This document shows positions 11,096-22,719 of a DNA stretch of 51,871 nucleotides, in pieces. The stretch is from Octopus bimaculoides. Taxonomy: Eukaryota. Where the stretch lies: the NCBI RefSeq assembly GCF_001194135.2, contig NC_068996.1:49672827-49724697 (forward strand), in the 5' to 3' direction. The number at the start of each line of letters is the position of its first letter. Positions within the stretch are counted from its first letter, which is position 1. The notes under the pieces are model-generated. The model was given only the letters and a program-made list of their open reading frames with translations. It ran no database searches and was not told where the DNA came from. A program made the translations under genes and the position numbers.

Positions 11096-12334
11096 GCGGG
11101 TGTGTCTGTAACAGAGCCACAACTAAATCTTCAAACTTCAGGTTCAGAAACAACTTCAAATATGGTCAGCACATGATGCAATGTAAGAGCCAAGGACACC
11201 AAAGAGTTTTTGCTCACATAGCTGAGGCACAACAGTTGTTTGAACTCAATGCTCTACGATACCTCCAAATAGAGGCTATTCAGCTGGTAAAGTAAGCCTT
11301 TACCAGCTGTATCCTGACGTACCATGTTATTAGTCTCTTTTACAATTACTAAAAAAAGGCTCTTATCCTTCTGAACTTAAAATCTGTACTAAAAATAGCT
11401 TAATTCAATCACCCAATCTGATAGCTTTGGAACTCACCCTAACTGCAATCCTTTACAACTCATTCACCATTTACTACTCATATTTCCTCCCTATAGACAT
11501 TGACCTAAAAAAGTTCAAGCTAAGCACCAATAGCATCAACTGGGAGCTCTTTCGGGGGGTCATTTGGTCTGCTAGAACTAGCAGCCAAATCTGCCTTCAA
11601 TTACACCCTAATGACTTAAAAACCACATTATTCATTGTGGATTCCTTGCCAGGAAAACCCTTGTTCATATGTTTGCTTGATCAGAGTTGATCTGAGGCTA
11701 AACAACACCCACCTCACCAGTCTGAGAAGGCAAGCAAAAGTTAAGACCACTGTTGCCCTCCTCCTGGGCCAAATGTAGTTGAAAACAAAATGCAAATTAT
11801 GAATATTTAACAGAATGGCACTAACTGTAATATCTCGTCTCAAAGAATCTGCTAAAAGAAAAACTCGTGGGCTAAGAAACACAGAGCTTGCACAGTGTTG
11901 TTGGCCTATTTTTAGTTAAGAGTGTTTTGAGTTCATTTAGCTTAATCAGTGAAGAGCCCCACCCCCGGACATTCTGAAAGCCTAAAAAAATAAAATAAAA
12001 AAACCTTTGTTCTAATATAGAAATGATTTGTATATACATTATGTTACACACAATTATTTAAATCTAAAGCTGTTTCAATGCATATATATTGATTTAATAT
12101 TCTAGCTTGACCGGCTTTTGCACAAATTAGCAAACATTTTGTTTACTAATTTCTATATCAGAACAAATAATTTTTTTGCTCAACTCAGAATGTTCTGGGC
12201 CTTTATCACTGAGGAGACCAAATGAGATTGAAACACCACCAACATTCTGAGCAACTGTTTTTTTTTTTTTTTAAATAAATAAAAGTTTTAAAAGTTTCTG
12301 AGACATAGCGTTACAGCTAGTGCCATTCTGCATT

Positions 12335-12373
<39 letters not shown>

Positions 12374-12861
12374 CATTATATGTAATGTATATGCAAATGT
12401 AGGCTGATGAAAACTAGTAGTTTGAAACTTGAAAAGCACTGTCACTCCTCTCAAAGAAATATAATAATAAATAGATGCTCAGTAAAAAGTACTGAGCAAT
12501 CCTTCAGTTTAATGGAAATTGTTTTTATCAAAACTCAATATAACAACAAAACATCAATACATATTCATACACACACACACACTGGTTCTCTTCTGAGACA
12601 GAAATCAATTATGTTAATGGTTTGTTTATCAGCTAATTGTTTCCTTTCAATCATAAAAATACATTGATGCCAACACTACATCTCAATTACCTCGACCTGC
12701 AAGTGTCACCATTATGCACTTTGTTTGCTGATATTCAATTTTTTAGTTCGTTATGATATGTGGTTTACACCTGAAGAATATGCTTCAGTTCTCTCAAAAT
12801 GTTAATATTAGTAGCGCTTTAATACATGTATTGTGACCTTTAAATAATAATTATATATATA

Positions 12862-13295
12862 GGTGTAGGAGTGGCTGTGCAGTAAGTAGCCTGCTTACCA
12901 ACCACATGGCTCCGGGTTCAGTCCCACTGCGTGGCACCTTGTCAAGTGTCTTCTGCTATAGCCTCGGGCCGACCAAAGCCTTGTGAGTGGATTTGGTAGA
13001 TGGAAACTGAAAGAAGCCCGTCGTATATATGTATGTATATATATATGTATGTATATATATATGTATGTATGTGTGTGTATATATGTTTGTGTGTCTGTGT
13101 TTGTCCTTCCACCATTGCTTGAGAACCGATGCTGGTGTGTTAACGTCCTTGTAACTTAGCGGTTCGACAAAAGAGACCAATAGAATAAGTACTAGGCTTC
13201 CAAAGAATAAGTCCTGGGGCCAGTTTTCTCAACAAAAGGCGGTGCTCCAGCATGTTCACAGTCAAATGACTGAAACAAGTAAAAGAGTAAAAGAG
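12862..13295 (+). mobile_element. SINE family A, full length
   Basis: Same head, core and tail as 2982-3385. Confidence 0.9.
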
Positions 13296-13484
13296 TATNN
13301 NNNNNNNNNNNNNNNNNNNNNNNNNNNNNNNNNNNNNNNNNNNNNNNNNNNNNNNNNNNNNNNNNNNNNNNNNNNNNNNNNNNNNNNNNNNNNNNNNNNN
13401 NNNNNATAGGTAAAGCAAATTTTAGAGGTAATACTTGATAATTGCAAGCACCTGTATATGCCAGATAGTGGCCGGGGTGAAAGA

Positions 13485-13588
13485 ATAAATTCAAAACGTA
13501 AAATTAAAACAAAACACAAAGGATTCTGCGGTACACGTGTACCGCGGAATCCTTTGTGTTCTGTTTTAATTTTACGTTTTGAATTTAT
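13485..13588. repeat. 104-bp loopless palindrome
   Basis: Axis between 13536/13537 (ACAC|GTGT); 52-bp arms with 2 mismatches. Confidence 0.95.
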
Positions 13589-13739
13589 ATATATATATTA
13601 GTCATTTAGTCATATAGAAGTCAAAGACTAAGAATTTAACAGGATGTTTTCCTCCCTGAGAATCACTGAAACTAGTAACAGTCCAACTCTATTTAAAGTA
13701 AAAGATTTCCTTTTTTCTCAATATCTGCTGGGTCTGGAA

Positions 13740-13990
13740 GAAAGGGCAGTGCCAACAGCCCTTTCACAGATACTTCTTGGCTGGTGAGATTGATGCTATT
13801 AATGTTCCTCTTGAACCTTTACAATTCAACATGCATGAAAGACTCAAAATACACAAACAGGGATGGAATTCCAGGACGAAAAAGCTGAGTATAGTAATTA
13901 GTACAGGGATTGAGGCAGGTGGGGGAAGGATGTTGATGGAAACATGATGAGAGGAGAAGAGACTTGTAGGTCAGGAATGTCTGAGAGGCA
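13740..13990 (-). mobile_element. CR1/L2/Jockey-like LINE 3' remnant
   Basis: Across frameshifts reads PCTNYYTQLF...FESFMHVEL.RFKRNINSINL, resembling RTN.Y..SF...WNSLP...FKR; heavily decayed. Confidence 0.4.
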
Positions 13991-14329
13991 GTGTCATCAA
14001 TCCAGTTAGTGGCTCCGAGAAGCAGAGGCTATTACAATAGCACAAAAAAAAAAAGCAAAGATAGAGAGAGAGGGGAGCTACAGAATAAAAATCACCTGCC
14101 AACAAACAAATATATCTTCTCAATTTCAAAAGTGATTTAGAAAATGATTTGTTGATTCATGGTCGTGTTTTAGTATGGAGATGGGTGAGTTTATCAGCAG
14201 AATTTTGTCTTACACAGTCAGCATTAGTTCAGGCAGATGCATGCCTGTATGTTTTCCCTTCGGAAATTCAAGCCTGCCATCATAGCTTTACAACAGAGAC
14301 TAGTGAAGAAAATTAAATTCAGCAATTGT

Positions 14330-14537
14330 CTCATTTAAACTGGCCATATTCAGCCCAAATATTGTTCAAACTAGCCATATCCAGCCCCTTGTACCTACCC
14401 TGTGATGTCATTCTAAAAACATAATATAACACATTACATCATCAAAATTTTAAAGCTGCAAGATAATGTATGATTAATTCAAAACAATGTGAATAAGAAT
14501 TACATTTGACAGAATAATCTTAATGCCAAATGGTTAA
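14330..14537 (+). mobile_element. Copy of the CCCTTTAGCATT MITE family
   Basis: tttaaactggccatat...tcattctaaaa...aatgccaaatgg-TTAA. Confidence 0.7.
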
Positions 14538-15687
14538 CAAATCCAAGCTATATTCTACCCATTTCAATTGACTGGCAGGAAGTTGATCACCATGACACCA
14601 TGACACTAACCTCTACATGCTAGAAATAAACTTCAACATTTAGGAAATAGTAACAAAATCTCACTTGCATTACACCCAGTCTTACACAAAAAAAAAAGAA
14701 AGATGGACAGGGTAACAAGGACTACATTATCCGTAGTGTCTGGAAAAAGAATCTCAGGACTGGGGTCATGGTTGGAATGCCTATGATCATAGGTCATCTG
14801 GATAAGTAAGAGAAAGAGCAATAGGATGGATTGGTGTCTGTCTATCTATCTATATATATATATATATATATNNNNNNNNNNNNNNNNNNNNNNNNNNNNN
14901 NNNNNNNNNNNNNNNNNNNNNNNNNNNNNNNNNNNNNNNNNNNNNNNNNNNNNNNNNNNNNNNNNNNNNNNATATATATATATATATATATACAGCTAGT
15001 TATTTTACAACCCTAAAGCAACAATTGAAAGCAAAGTGAATAGGAATCAAACACCTAACCAAGAAGATCAATCAAAACTAATTAATGTAAGGCTATTTAG
15101 TGCAGTCAGGTTTAATGAAGTAAAGCTTAATGCTAAGGAATTATAAGGGGAAAAATTCTCTCTTCTTAGACATGGCTGTGTGGTTAAGTTCTTTCACAAT
15201 TTGTCTCAGGTCCAGTTGCACTCTGCAGCATCTAAGTAATCAAAACCTTATGAGGGAATTTGGCAGATGGAAACTGCAGGAAGCCTGTTGTATATGGATG
15301 TGAACTCACACACAAACATGCAAAAATGTTCATATTTCATGTTTGTCACTTGGAGCAAAGCAGTGAGTTGAACTCATTGTTTATATTAAAACTGGTCAGT
15401 CTGCTCTTTCAAACACCTATGGAATAAAGAAATTCCTTTACTTGAAAAAACAGGTAAGGTTTGGCAACAGGAAGAGCATCCAGCCCTAAAATCCTGCCTT
15501 GAGTAACTTGAGCCTACACCCATACTAGCATGGGGGGGGGGGGGGAATAACCCTTTAGAATTCAGATTATTCTGTCAAATGTAATGTTTATTTATTCACA
15601 TTGTTTTCAATTAATGAAGCTTCATATCACAGCTTCAAGATTTCAATGATCTGATTGTTTACTTTTAGAATGAGAATGCAGGTTAGA

Positions 15688-16025
15688 TCATCATCATCAT
15701 CATCATCATACAAAGCTCATTTTCCATGTTAGCATGGGTTGGACAGTTTGACAAGAGTTGGCAAACCAGAAGACTGCAGCAGGCTTCAATGTCTGTTTTG
15801 ACATGGTTTTTTCTTATGGCTGGATGCCCTTGCTAGCACCATACACCTTACATAATGGACAATGTTTTTTTTTACGTAACACCAGCACTGGAGGTCTGTT
15901 TTGGCATGGTTTCTACAGCTGGATGCCCTTCCATATACCAACTACTATACAGTGTAGACTGGATGCTTGTTTTTTTTTACATGGCACCAGCATTGGCAGG
16001 GTCACCAAGTAACTTGCAAAACAAA
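15688..16025 (-). mobile_element. Family C copy
   Basis: (CAT)n then ttccatgttagcatgggttggacag; duplicated ttttggcatggtttctacagctggatgccc. Confidence 0.7.
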
Positions 16026-16469
16026 GATGTAAGAGGCTAAATCTGGACAGTTTCAACCTAAAACAGGTAGAATATTTGAGCAGGATATGGCCACCTTAAA
16101 TGCTAAATGCTTAAACAAATGAACAAACAGAACTAGATAAACAATGGCAGGCTGCCTTTTTATCAATACGATTTCAAGGAGTGGAAACTATTTCCATGTT
16201 TAATCAGAAAAAGTGTAAACATTTGAGGTTTTAGAACTCACAAAAGAAAAGTACTAAAAAGGACCCCACCTTTTTTTTTTGCTTTGTTTTTTTCATACAA
16301 GCCACCTTCTTTTTAATTAATTTAATTTCTAGAGAAGAACATTTAAAACATCAATTTGATTTTTTTTCTTTTTATGGGTACTGATTAAACTGCAGTTCAT
16401 TTTAATTTCAGAAAAAAATCCTGTATAAACTAATTTTTAAATGATTATAATAAGCGATTTTAAAATCTT

Positions 16470-16750
16470 TCTTTTATCTTTTACTTGTTTCACCCATTAG
16501 ACTGTGCCCATGCTGGGGTACCATCTGGAAGAATTTTTTTATTGAATGAATCGACCCCAGTACCTTTTTTAAAAAAAAATACCTGGTACCTATTCTATTG
16601 GTCTCTTTTGCTAAACCACTAAGTTACAGGGAAGTAAACAACAATTGTCAAGCAGTGGTGGGGGACAGACACACACATACGATATATATATACATACACA
16701 CACACACACACTTACATGACAGGCTTCTTTCATTTTTCTGTCTACCAAGT
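16470..16750 (-). mobile_element. SINE family A, partial
   Basis: Reverse complement of tail and body (ttttacttgtttca...ctattggtctcttttgc). Confidence 0.75.
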
Positions 16751-17117
16751 TTATAATTCTATTAATTCTCCAAGGAGAGTTCTTGCTAAATGCTTCTTAT
16801 AAAAGAATATTTCTTTGTAGCAGTTTCATGTGTCAAATGCATGCATGCATTCTTGTCTTTCATAAAGTCTGTTGCCATTAAGACTGCATTCAAACACAAA
16901 TTTTAATGTCTTGGGAGGTTAAAATACAATAATCTCAACTTGTTTGTTTAACTCTGAGTCAACTATGACTAAGCAACATTTTATGACCAAAAGGCATTCC
17001 AGCTTTCTTTGATCAACTCTTTTTTCATTGGCACTGAGCTTCTAGAAAATGCACACAAATGGAGCGATGGCATTATAAGGGTGGTGTTCTAAAAGCAGTA
17101 AGGAAATAAAATTCAAT

Positions 17118-17438
17118 ACTGTGTGGCACCTTGGGCAAGTGTCTTCTACTGAAGCCCCAGGCCGACCAAAGCCTTGTGAGTGGATTTAGTAGATGGAAAC
17201 CGAAAGAAGCCTGTTATAGATGTATATCTATGTGTGTGTGTGTGTGTCTGTGCTTGTCCCCCTCGCCCACCAGCGTTGGTGTGTTTATGTCCCCATAACT
17301 TAGTGGTTCGACAAAAGAGACCAATAGAATAAATACTAGGCCTAAAAAAAAGTTCTGGAGTTGATTTGTTTGACTAAGATTCTTCAAGGGGATGCTCCAG
17401 CATGACTGCAGTCAAATGAGTGAAACAAGTAAAAGAAT
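17118..17438 (+). mobile_element. SINE family A, 5'-truncated
   Basis: ctgtgtggcaccttgggcaag...tgaaacaagtaaaag. Confidence 0.85.
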
Positions 17439-17799
17439 GGGGAGGGAGCTTAACAGCAATTTTTAGCAAATTTCAAAGAGAAGGGGAGATAATTTTATAA
17501 ATTAAATTTCTCAAAATTTATTTTCATGCTTAGAGTAAAAGAGTTTGATCTTTGCAGACAAGGGACAAATGTGATACGTTTTAAAAGTCTATTTCATCTC
17601 ATCAGGATAGTGTAGCCTAACCAAGCTTGTTTAGCTAAGTTGACAAAGAATTTTTTCAGATATACAAAGAGCATTACAATGATTTTTTTTGATTAGCATA
17701 ATTTCCATGACTAAAAGAAAGAAAGAAAAAATCAAACAGGCCAATGACAAAGTCAAGGGGCAACAGGATTATTTCCATATTTATTCTTGATATATTTAT

Positions 17800-17970
17800 C
17801 AGAGTAAGCACATAAATGCGAAACAAAGTGGGGAAAAAATAGTACTCAAATACCAGAGGTAGAGTAATATGCTTTATCAAAAAGCAGCAAAAATATTACA
17901 AAAACTGTTACTCAGAGTTTCACGTTGACATTCATCAAAACTGTCTGACAAATGTGAAACTGAGTAACAC
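17800..17970. mobile_element. Decayed, reverse-oriented copy of the double-hammerhead foldback element
   Basis: Reverse complement of the unique tail (gtactcaaataccagaggtagagtaatatgc) followed by aaaactgttactcagagtttcacg and a truncated second arm. Confidence 0.7.
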
Positions 17971-17984
17971 TTCTTAATAAATAA

Positions 17985-18015
<31 letters not shown>

Positions 18016-18017
18016 GG

Positions 18018-18708
18018 CAGATTCAGAGTCAAATATGCTGCTCGCTGTTGTGTACATTACAAGAGAATAACTCTTCTCTTTTATGATGGCAATGTGTTCA
18101 TAACATACTAGGCTCATAGGCACACAAAATTCTGGGACACCAGTGTTTCAACATGTGTCTCATCAGCCAGAAGTAGCAGCAGATCTAATCCAAGACAAAG
18201 TTACTGGCTTTGTTTAGACTTTCAGCAAACAAATTGTTTGCTCAGTGACGCTTTATTATCTGCCAACCTATAAAAAATATTTATTTGCACTGTGTACAGC
18301 AAGATCTGGAACAATTATTCACATGTTTATTCTTAACATGTCCGGCAGATTCAAACACAAAATATGCTGGTCACTGTAGTGTGTGTCACAGGAGAATAAC
18401 CCCTCTCACTTTTATAACAACAGTATGTTCCACACACTTGGTTCATTCAAGCACAACATTCTGAGACACTAGTGTTTTGGCATAGGGTTAGTCAGCTGGA
18501 AGCAGCACCCTTACTTTTGAGCCTAAACAAGACTCTGGCTTTGTTTATAATTTCAGTGAACAAGCTGTTTACTGACCAGTGCTGATACATGCTAACTATA
18601 AAAAAAAATTTTAAATAAATCATCTTTACTGTGTGCAGTGAGATCTGAAAATGATGATTAGCATATTTGCATTCAATTTGCATATTTTACATATTCTGCC
18701 TGGACATA
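18018..18708. mobile_element. Two adjacent diverged copies (~326-bp offset) of an HHR-bearing element; second copy (18337-18708) bounded by TTAA and imperfect TIRs
   Basis: ggcagattc at 18018 and 18344 with colinear homology. TTAA-catgtccggcaga...tctgcctggacata-TTAA. Second HHR (18459-18502) is decayed but keeps palindromic ACACTAGTGT-C. Confidence 0.65.
18130..18172 (-). ncRNA. Minimal type I hammerhead ribozyme, sense to Smaug intron 1
   Basis: UUCUGG-CUGAUGA-GAC ACAU GUU-GAA-ACAC UG GUGU-C^CCAGAA: perfect 6-bp stem I, canonical core, 3-bp stem II (G.U closing), 4-bp stem III, GUC site; predicted cut 18136/18135. Confidence 0.85.
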
Positions 18709-18712
18709 TTAA

Positions 18713-18915
18713 CCCATTAAGTTCCACTGTCCTATAAATAGGACACTAAATGAGAATATTAAATAAGCTATATCACATTGTCTCAGTGTCCTATTTATAG
18801 GACACCGAGTATTTCCATTTCTACTTGAAGTAAAGGAGTTTTAATAATTATTTTTTTTCATTTTAACCTATTTTCAATCCTCTGTAAAAATTTAAGTACT
18901 CTGGGACTTAATGGG
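18713..18915. mobile_element. piggyBac-like MITE
   Basis: TTAA at both flanks; TIR CCCATTAAGT(T/C)CCA; internal inverted tgtcctataaataggaca motifs. Confidence 0.8.
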
Positions 18916-19299
18916 TTAAGAATAAATAAGCAAGCAATCATTTCAGATCTTATTGTACATGGTGAAAATATTTTTTTTTTAATATTGAATATCAGTCACA
19001 AGAAATTCTGAACTGAAATTTACTAAAAGAGAATCTAAAATGACATTTTCCGATATATCCTTTTAACCCTTGCTAGCACTGACAACAGACATTAGATGAT
19101 GATGTAATTTGAGGGCAATTTCGCTGCCATTTTAGCAAGTCAGATGACCACAAGAAAGCCTTTCTAATTGATTCAATGATTCCAGAATTGCTTAGAATCA
19201 TACATAAAACTTGAAATATAACCATCTTACAGTATGGATAGTAAGATGCACTGCAAATTAAATAATTTATGGGACATGAATAATCTTTCTTTCTTTTTT

Positions 19300-19660
19300 C
19301 TTTACTTTTTTTCAGTTGTTGGACTGAAGCTATACTGGGACACTATCTTGAACTCCAGTACTAATTTCAAGCCTGGTACTTATTCTATCATTCTTTCTGG
19401 CCAAACTGCTAAGTTATGGAGAAGTAAACATCAATACTGATTGTCAAGCAGTGGTGGAGGGACAAACAGATACAAAGACACCTATACATTTATTTATATA
19501 TATGTATAGGCTTCCATACAGCTTTGGTCTACCTAATTTACTCACAAGGCATTGATTGGCCCTGGGCTATGGTAAAATATACTTGCCCAAGATGCTGTGT
19601 AGCAGGGCTGAACCAGAAACCATCTGGTTGCAAAATGAGCTTTTCAACCAAACCATTTGC
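19300..19660 (-). mobile_element. SINE family A, diverged
   Basis: Reverse-complement tail at 19300 through head region (aaccagaaaccatctggttg) at ~19620. Confidence 0.7.
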
Positions 19661-19863
19661 CTATTCCACTCCCCACCACCACCACCACCACCACCACCAA
19701 TGCTGAAAAACATTGAACATGTGTTACCACCTGGCAGACATGTAGCCTTCTTCTCCACTTCCATCTTTTTTAGGTTTTAAACCCTTTTTGTTGTATTTCT
19801 GTAGAATCACACTAACTTTGTTTCAGTTACTTTTTGAAAGTAAATTTTAAGAACTATCATTAA

Positions 19864-20218
19864 GGTGCAGGAGTGGCTGTGTAGTAAGTAGCTTGCTTAC
19901 CAACCACATGGTTCCAGGTTCAGTCCCACTGTGTGGCACCTTGGGTGTCTTCTACTATAGCCTCGGGCTGACCAAAACCTTGAGTGGATTTGGTAAACAG
20001 AAACTGAAAGAAGCCCGTCATATGTGTGTGTGTGTGCGTGTGTGTTTGTCCCCCTACCATCGCTTGACAACCGATGTTGGTGTGTTTACATCCCTATAAC
20101 TTAGCGGTTCAGCAAAAGCAACCGCTAGAACAAGTACCAGGCTTACAGAGAATAAGTCCTGGGGTTGATTTGTTCAACTAAAGGTGGTGCTCTAGCGTGG
20201 CCTCAGTCAAATGACAAA
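19864..20218 (+). mobile_element. SINE family A
   Basis: Head ggtgcaggagtggctgtgtagtaagtagc to tail. Confidence 0.88.
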
Positions 20219-20238
20219 CATATTTTAAAAAAAAAAAA

Positions 20239-20455
20239 GGCAGTGATCTGGCAGAATCGTTAGCATTCTGGGCGAAATGCTGAGCAGTATTTCGTCCGTT
20301 TTTACATTCTGAGTTCAAATTTCACCGTGGTCAATTTTGCCTTTTATCCTTTCAAGGTAGATAAAATAAGTACCAGTTGAGTACTGGGTTGATGTAATTG
20401 ACTATCCCCCTCCCCCAAATTTCAGGCCTTGTGCGTATAGCAGAAAGGATTATTA
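20239..20455 (+). mobile_element. tRNA-derived SINE family B (Meta-domain-like core, tentative)
   Basis: A-box tggcagaatcg, B-box gagttcaaatt, core gcctttcatcctttc..gtcgataaaataagtaccag. Confidence 0.75.
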
Positions 20456-20494
20456 AACTGGTGTTAGAAACAAATTAACATGACATTTTCTATA

Positions 20495-20915
20495 GGCGTA
20501 GGAGTGGCTGTGTGGTAAGTAGTTTGCCTACCAACTACATGGTTCTGGGTTCAGTCCCACTGCGTGGTACCTTGGGAAAGTGGCTTCTACTATAGCCTCG
20601 GGCCAACCAAAGCCTTGTGTGTGGATTTGGTAGACGGAAACTGAAAGAAGCCTGTTGTATGTATGTGTGTGTGTATATATATATATATATATGTATGTGT
20701 GTATATGTTTGTGTGTGTGTCTTTGTCCCCCCAACATCACTTGACAACCGATGCTGGTGTGTTTACGTCCCCGTAACTTAGTGGTTCGGCAAAAGTGACC
20801 GATAGAATAAGTACTAGGCTTCCAAAGAATAAGTCCTGGGGTTGATTTGCTCGACTAAAGGCGGTGCTCCAGCATGACCACAGTCAAATGACTGAAACAA
20901 GTAAAAGAGTAAAAG
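20495..20915 (+). mobile_element. SINE family A, full length
   Basis: Head ggcgtaggagtggctgtgtgg to aagtaaaagagtaaaaga. Confidence 0.9.
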
Positions 20916-21394
20916 ACAGGTTTAAATTTAGATCGCTTTCAAACAGATTTTGTGTCTTAGATCCAAGGGTGGTCTTAGTCAGGTTTGTATCAAGAGGGTT
21001 AATTCCATTACAAGTTTTCTCTCCAACATCAATACAATATAGCACCAATACACGCACGCCCATTCTCAAATTAAGTCGCATGTTCATACCATGCACAGTT
21101 ATTTCTCCTGCATACATCAGCTGTTTTTCATTCATTTGTGCTTTGTCTCTCTATCTTCTAATTAACTTTAAATGTCCAATGAATTGTACTTGCACTGATT
21201 TCTTGTTAGGCACTGCACCGTTTCTGCATTTAGTTGCCCATGTCCCCATACCGTGCAATATCATCAGCTCTGTCAACACTAAACTACAATTCTACACAAA
21301 AATACTGAATGGCCTTTTAATTTCTAATATGATAGGTTGTCAAATAATGCATTATTCAAATTAAATAACTCATTTTATCCAATTGCAATGCTGA

Positions 21395-21596
21395 AGGACT
21401 CCTGCTTGTGTAGCATGGTGCAGAGTCCTGTTGCCAGAGATAGGGTCTTCCAACAGCCACCCTCTTGACCCAGGGCAGCACTACCTCCTCTAGGCACTTG
21501 ATGTAAGCCTCTGTGTTGAATCTGAGGTTGTGTGGGAAGATGAATGGAAGCTTAACATCACCATCACAAGTAATCACTCCAAACACCATATAAGGA
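21395..21596 (-). mobile_element. Internal fragment of the same maT transposase family
   Basis: MVFGVITCDGDVKLPFIFPHNLRFNTEAYIKCLEEVVLPWVKRVAVGRPYLWQQDSAPC aligns to 37.25-37.40 kb. Confidence 0.85.
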
Positions 21597-21811
21597 ATTG
21601 TAAAGGAAGAAGCAGCGCAAGGAGAGACCCAACAACAACTTCTTCCACCACTGAGACAACAAATGCTCTCCACCCCACCCTCAGACACACCTACCCCCAC
21701 CCTCGTGCCTGTTTGCAATTGAACTTGTGGATCCCTCAAGTCACATTCGACTAAACATAGTCACAAGTTCACACAAGCGCAAATCATTCTCGAACCCGAG
21801 AGACTGCCCAC

Positions 21812-21822
<11 letters not shown>
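21597..21822. repeat. Unclassified ~225-bp interspersed repeat ending in (TA)n
   Basis: Colinear with 34227-34446. Confidence 0.8.
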
Positions 21823-21848
<26 letters not shown>

Positions 21849-22719
21849 AACATACATACAATGATCTGTACCAATCTTTGGTTATTTCTTTATTTAAATA
21901 ATGGTTTTGAAGTACAATTTTCTAGGACATCATATCCCTCCCTCAAACAATTAAATCAAAATGTCTAATTTTAATCTAAGCTATCCCTTTCATATTCCAA
22001 CAATACATCTGAATATTTTTTACATATTTTCATAGCATTTATAGTTCTTTCTTTACTCCCAGAAAAAAACAATCATAAAGTCTGATTGCAAAAAAAACGA
22101 AAAACAAAAGTTTTTCAGATATCTGTCTATAGCCACTGTGTTTATAAGCGCCCTATCTAAGTCACCTGAATAACAAAGTATGTATTTGCTCATAAGAACT
22201 ACCACAACAGACTTTAGAGCTGGTTGTGCTAAATTCTACAGTTACCTAAGCCATCTGTTGCCAAATTTCTCATATTTCTGTCTTCTCTCAGCCTCACTAA
22301 GTACGATATATATTTCACCAATACTGATTTTCAAGGCAAAACACTGGATCAATAGAATAATAAATTTATTAAAAAAAAAAAAATACTTTAAGCAATTAAT
22401 GAGAGTATTCAAAGAATCCTGTATATTATATTGAAACAACATTTTGTAATTAGAATTTAACACTTGTTCCAACGGGATTTTTTTTTTTTTTTTTTTTTTG
22501 CTAAAAGCATTAACTAATGCATCAGTAGAATAGTGGTTAAGATTGTTGCTGTTTTTAGTTTAGAAATAAACTTTACTAATCTGAATTTAGATTGGTAAAC
22601 ATATGTTAATACATAAAGTCAGTGATGATGAGTGGAGATCAAAACTTTAACAAGACATTAAATGTTTTAATCTCTTCAAATAAGGTTAATGATATAAAAA
22701 AAATTATCATCTTCATTAC

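Noticed and set aside
11340-11560. LINE endonuclease-linker-like NWELFR peptide
   Set aside because: A single short motif in a stop-ridden region is insufficient.
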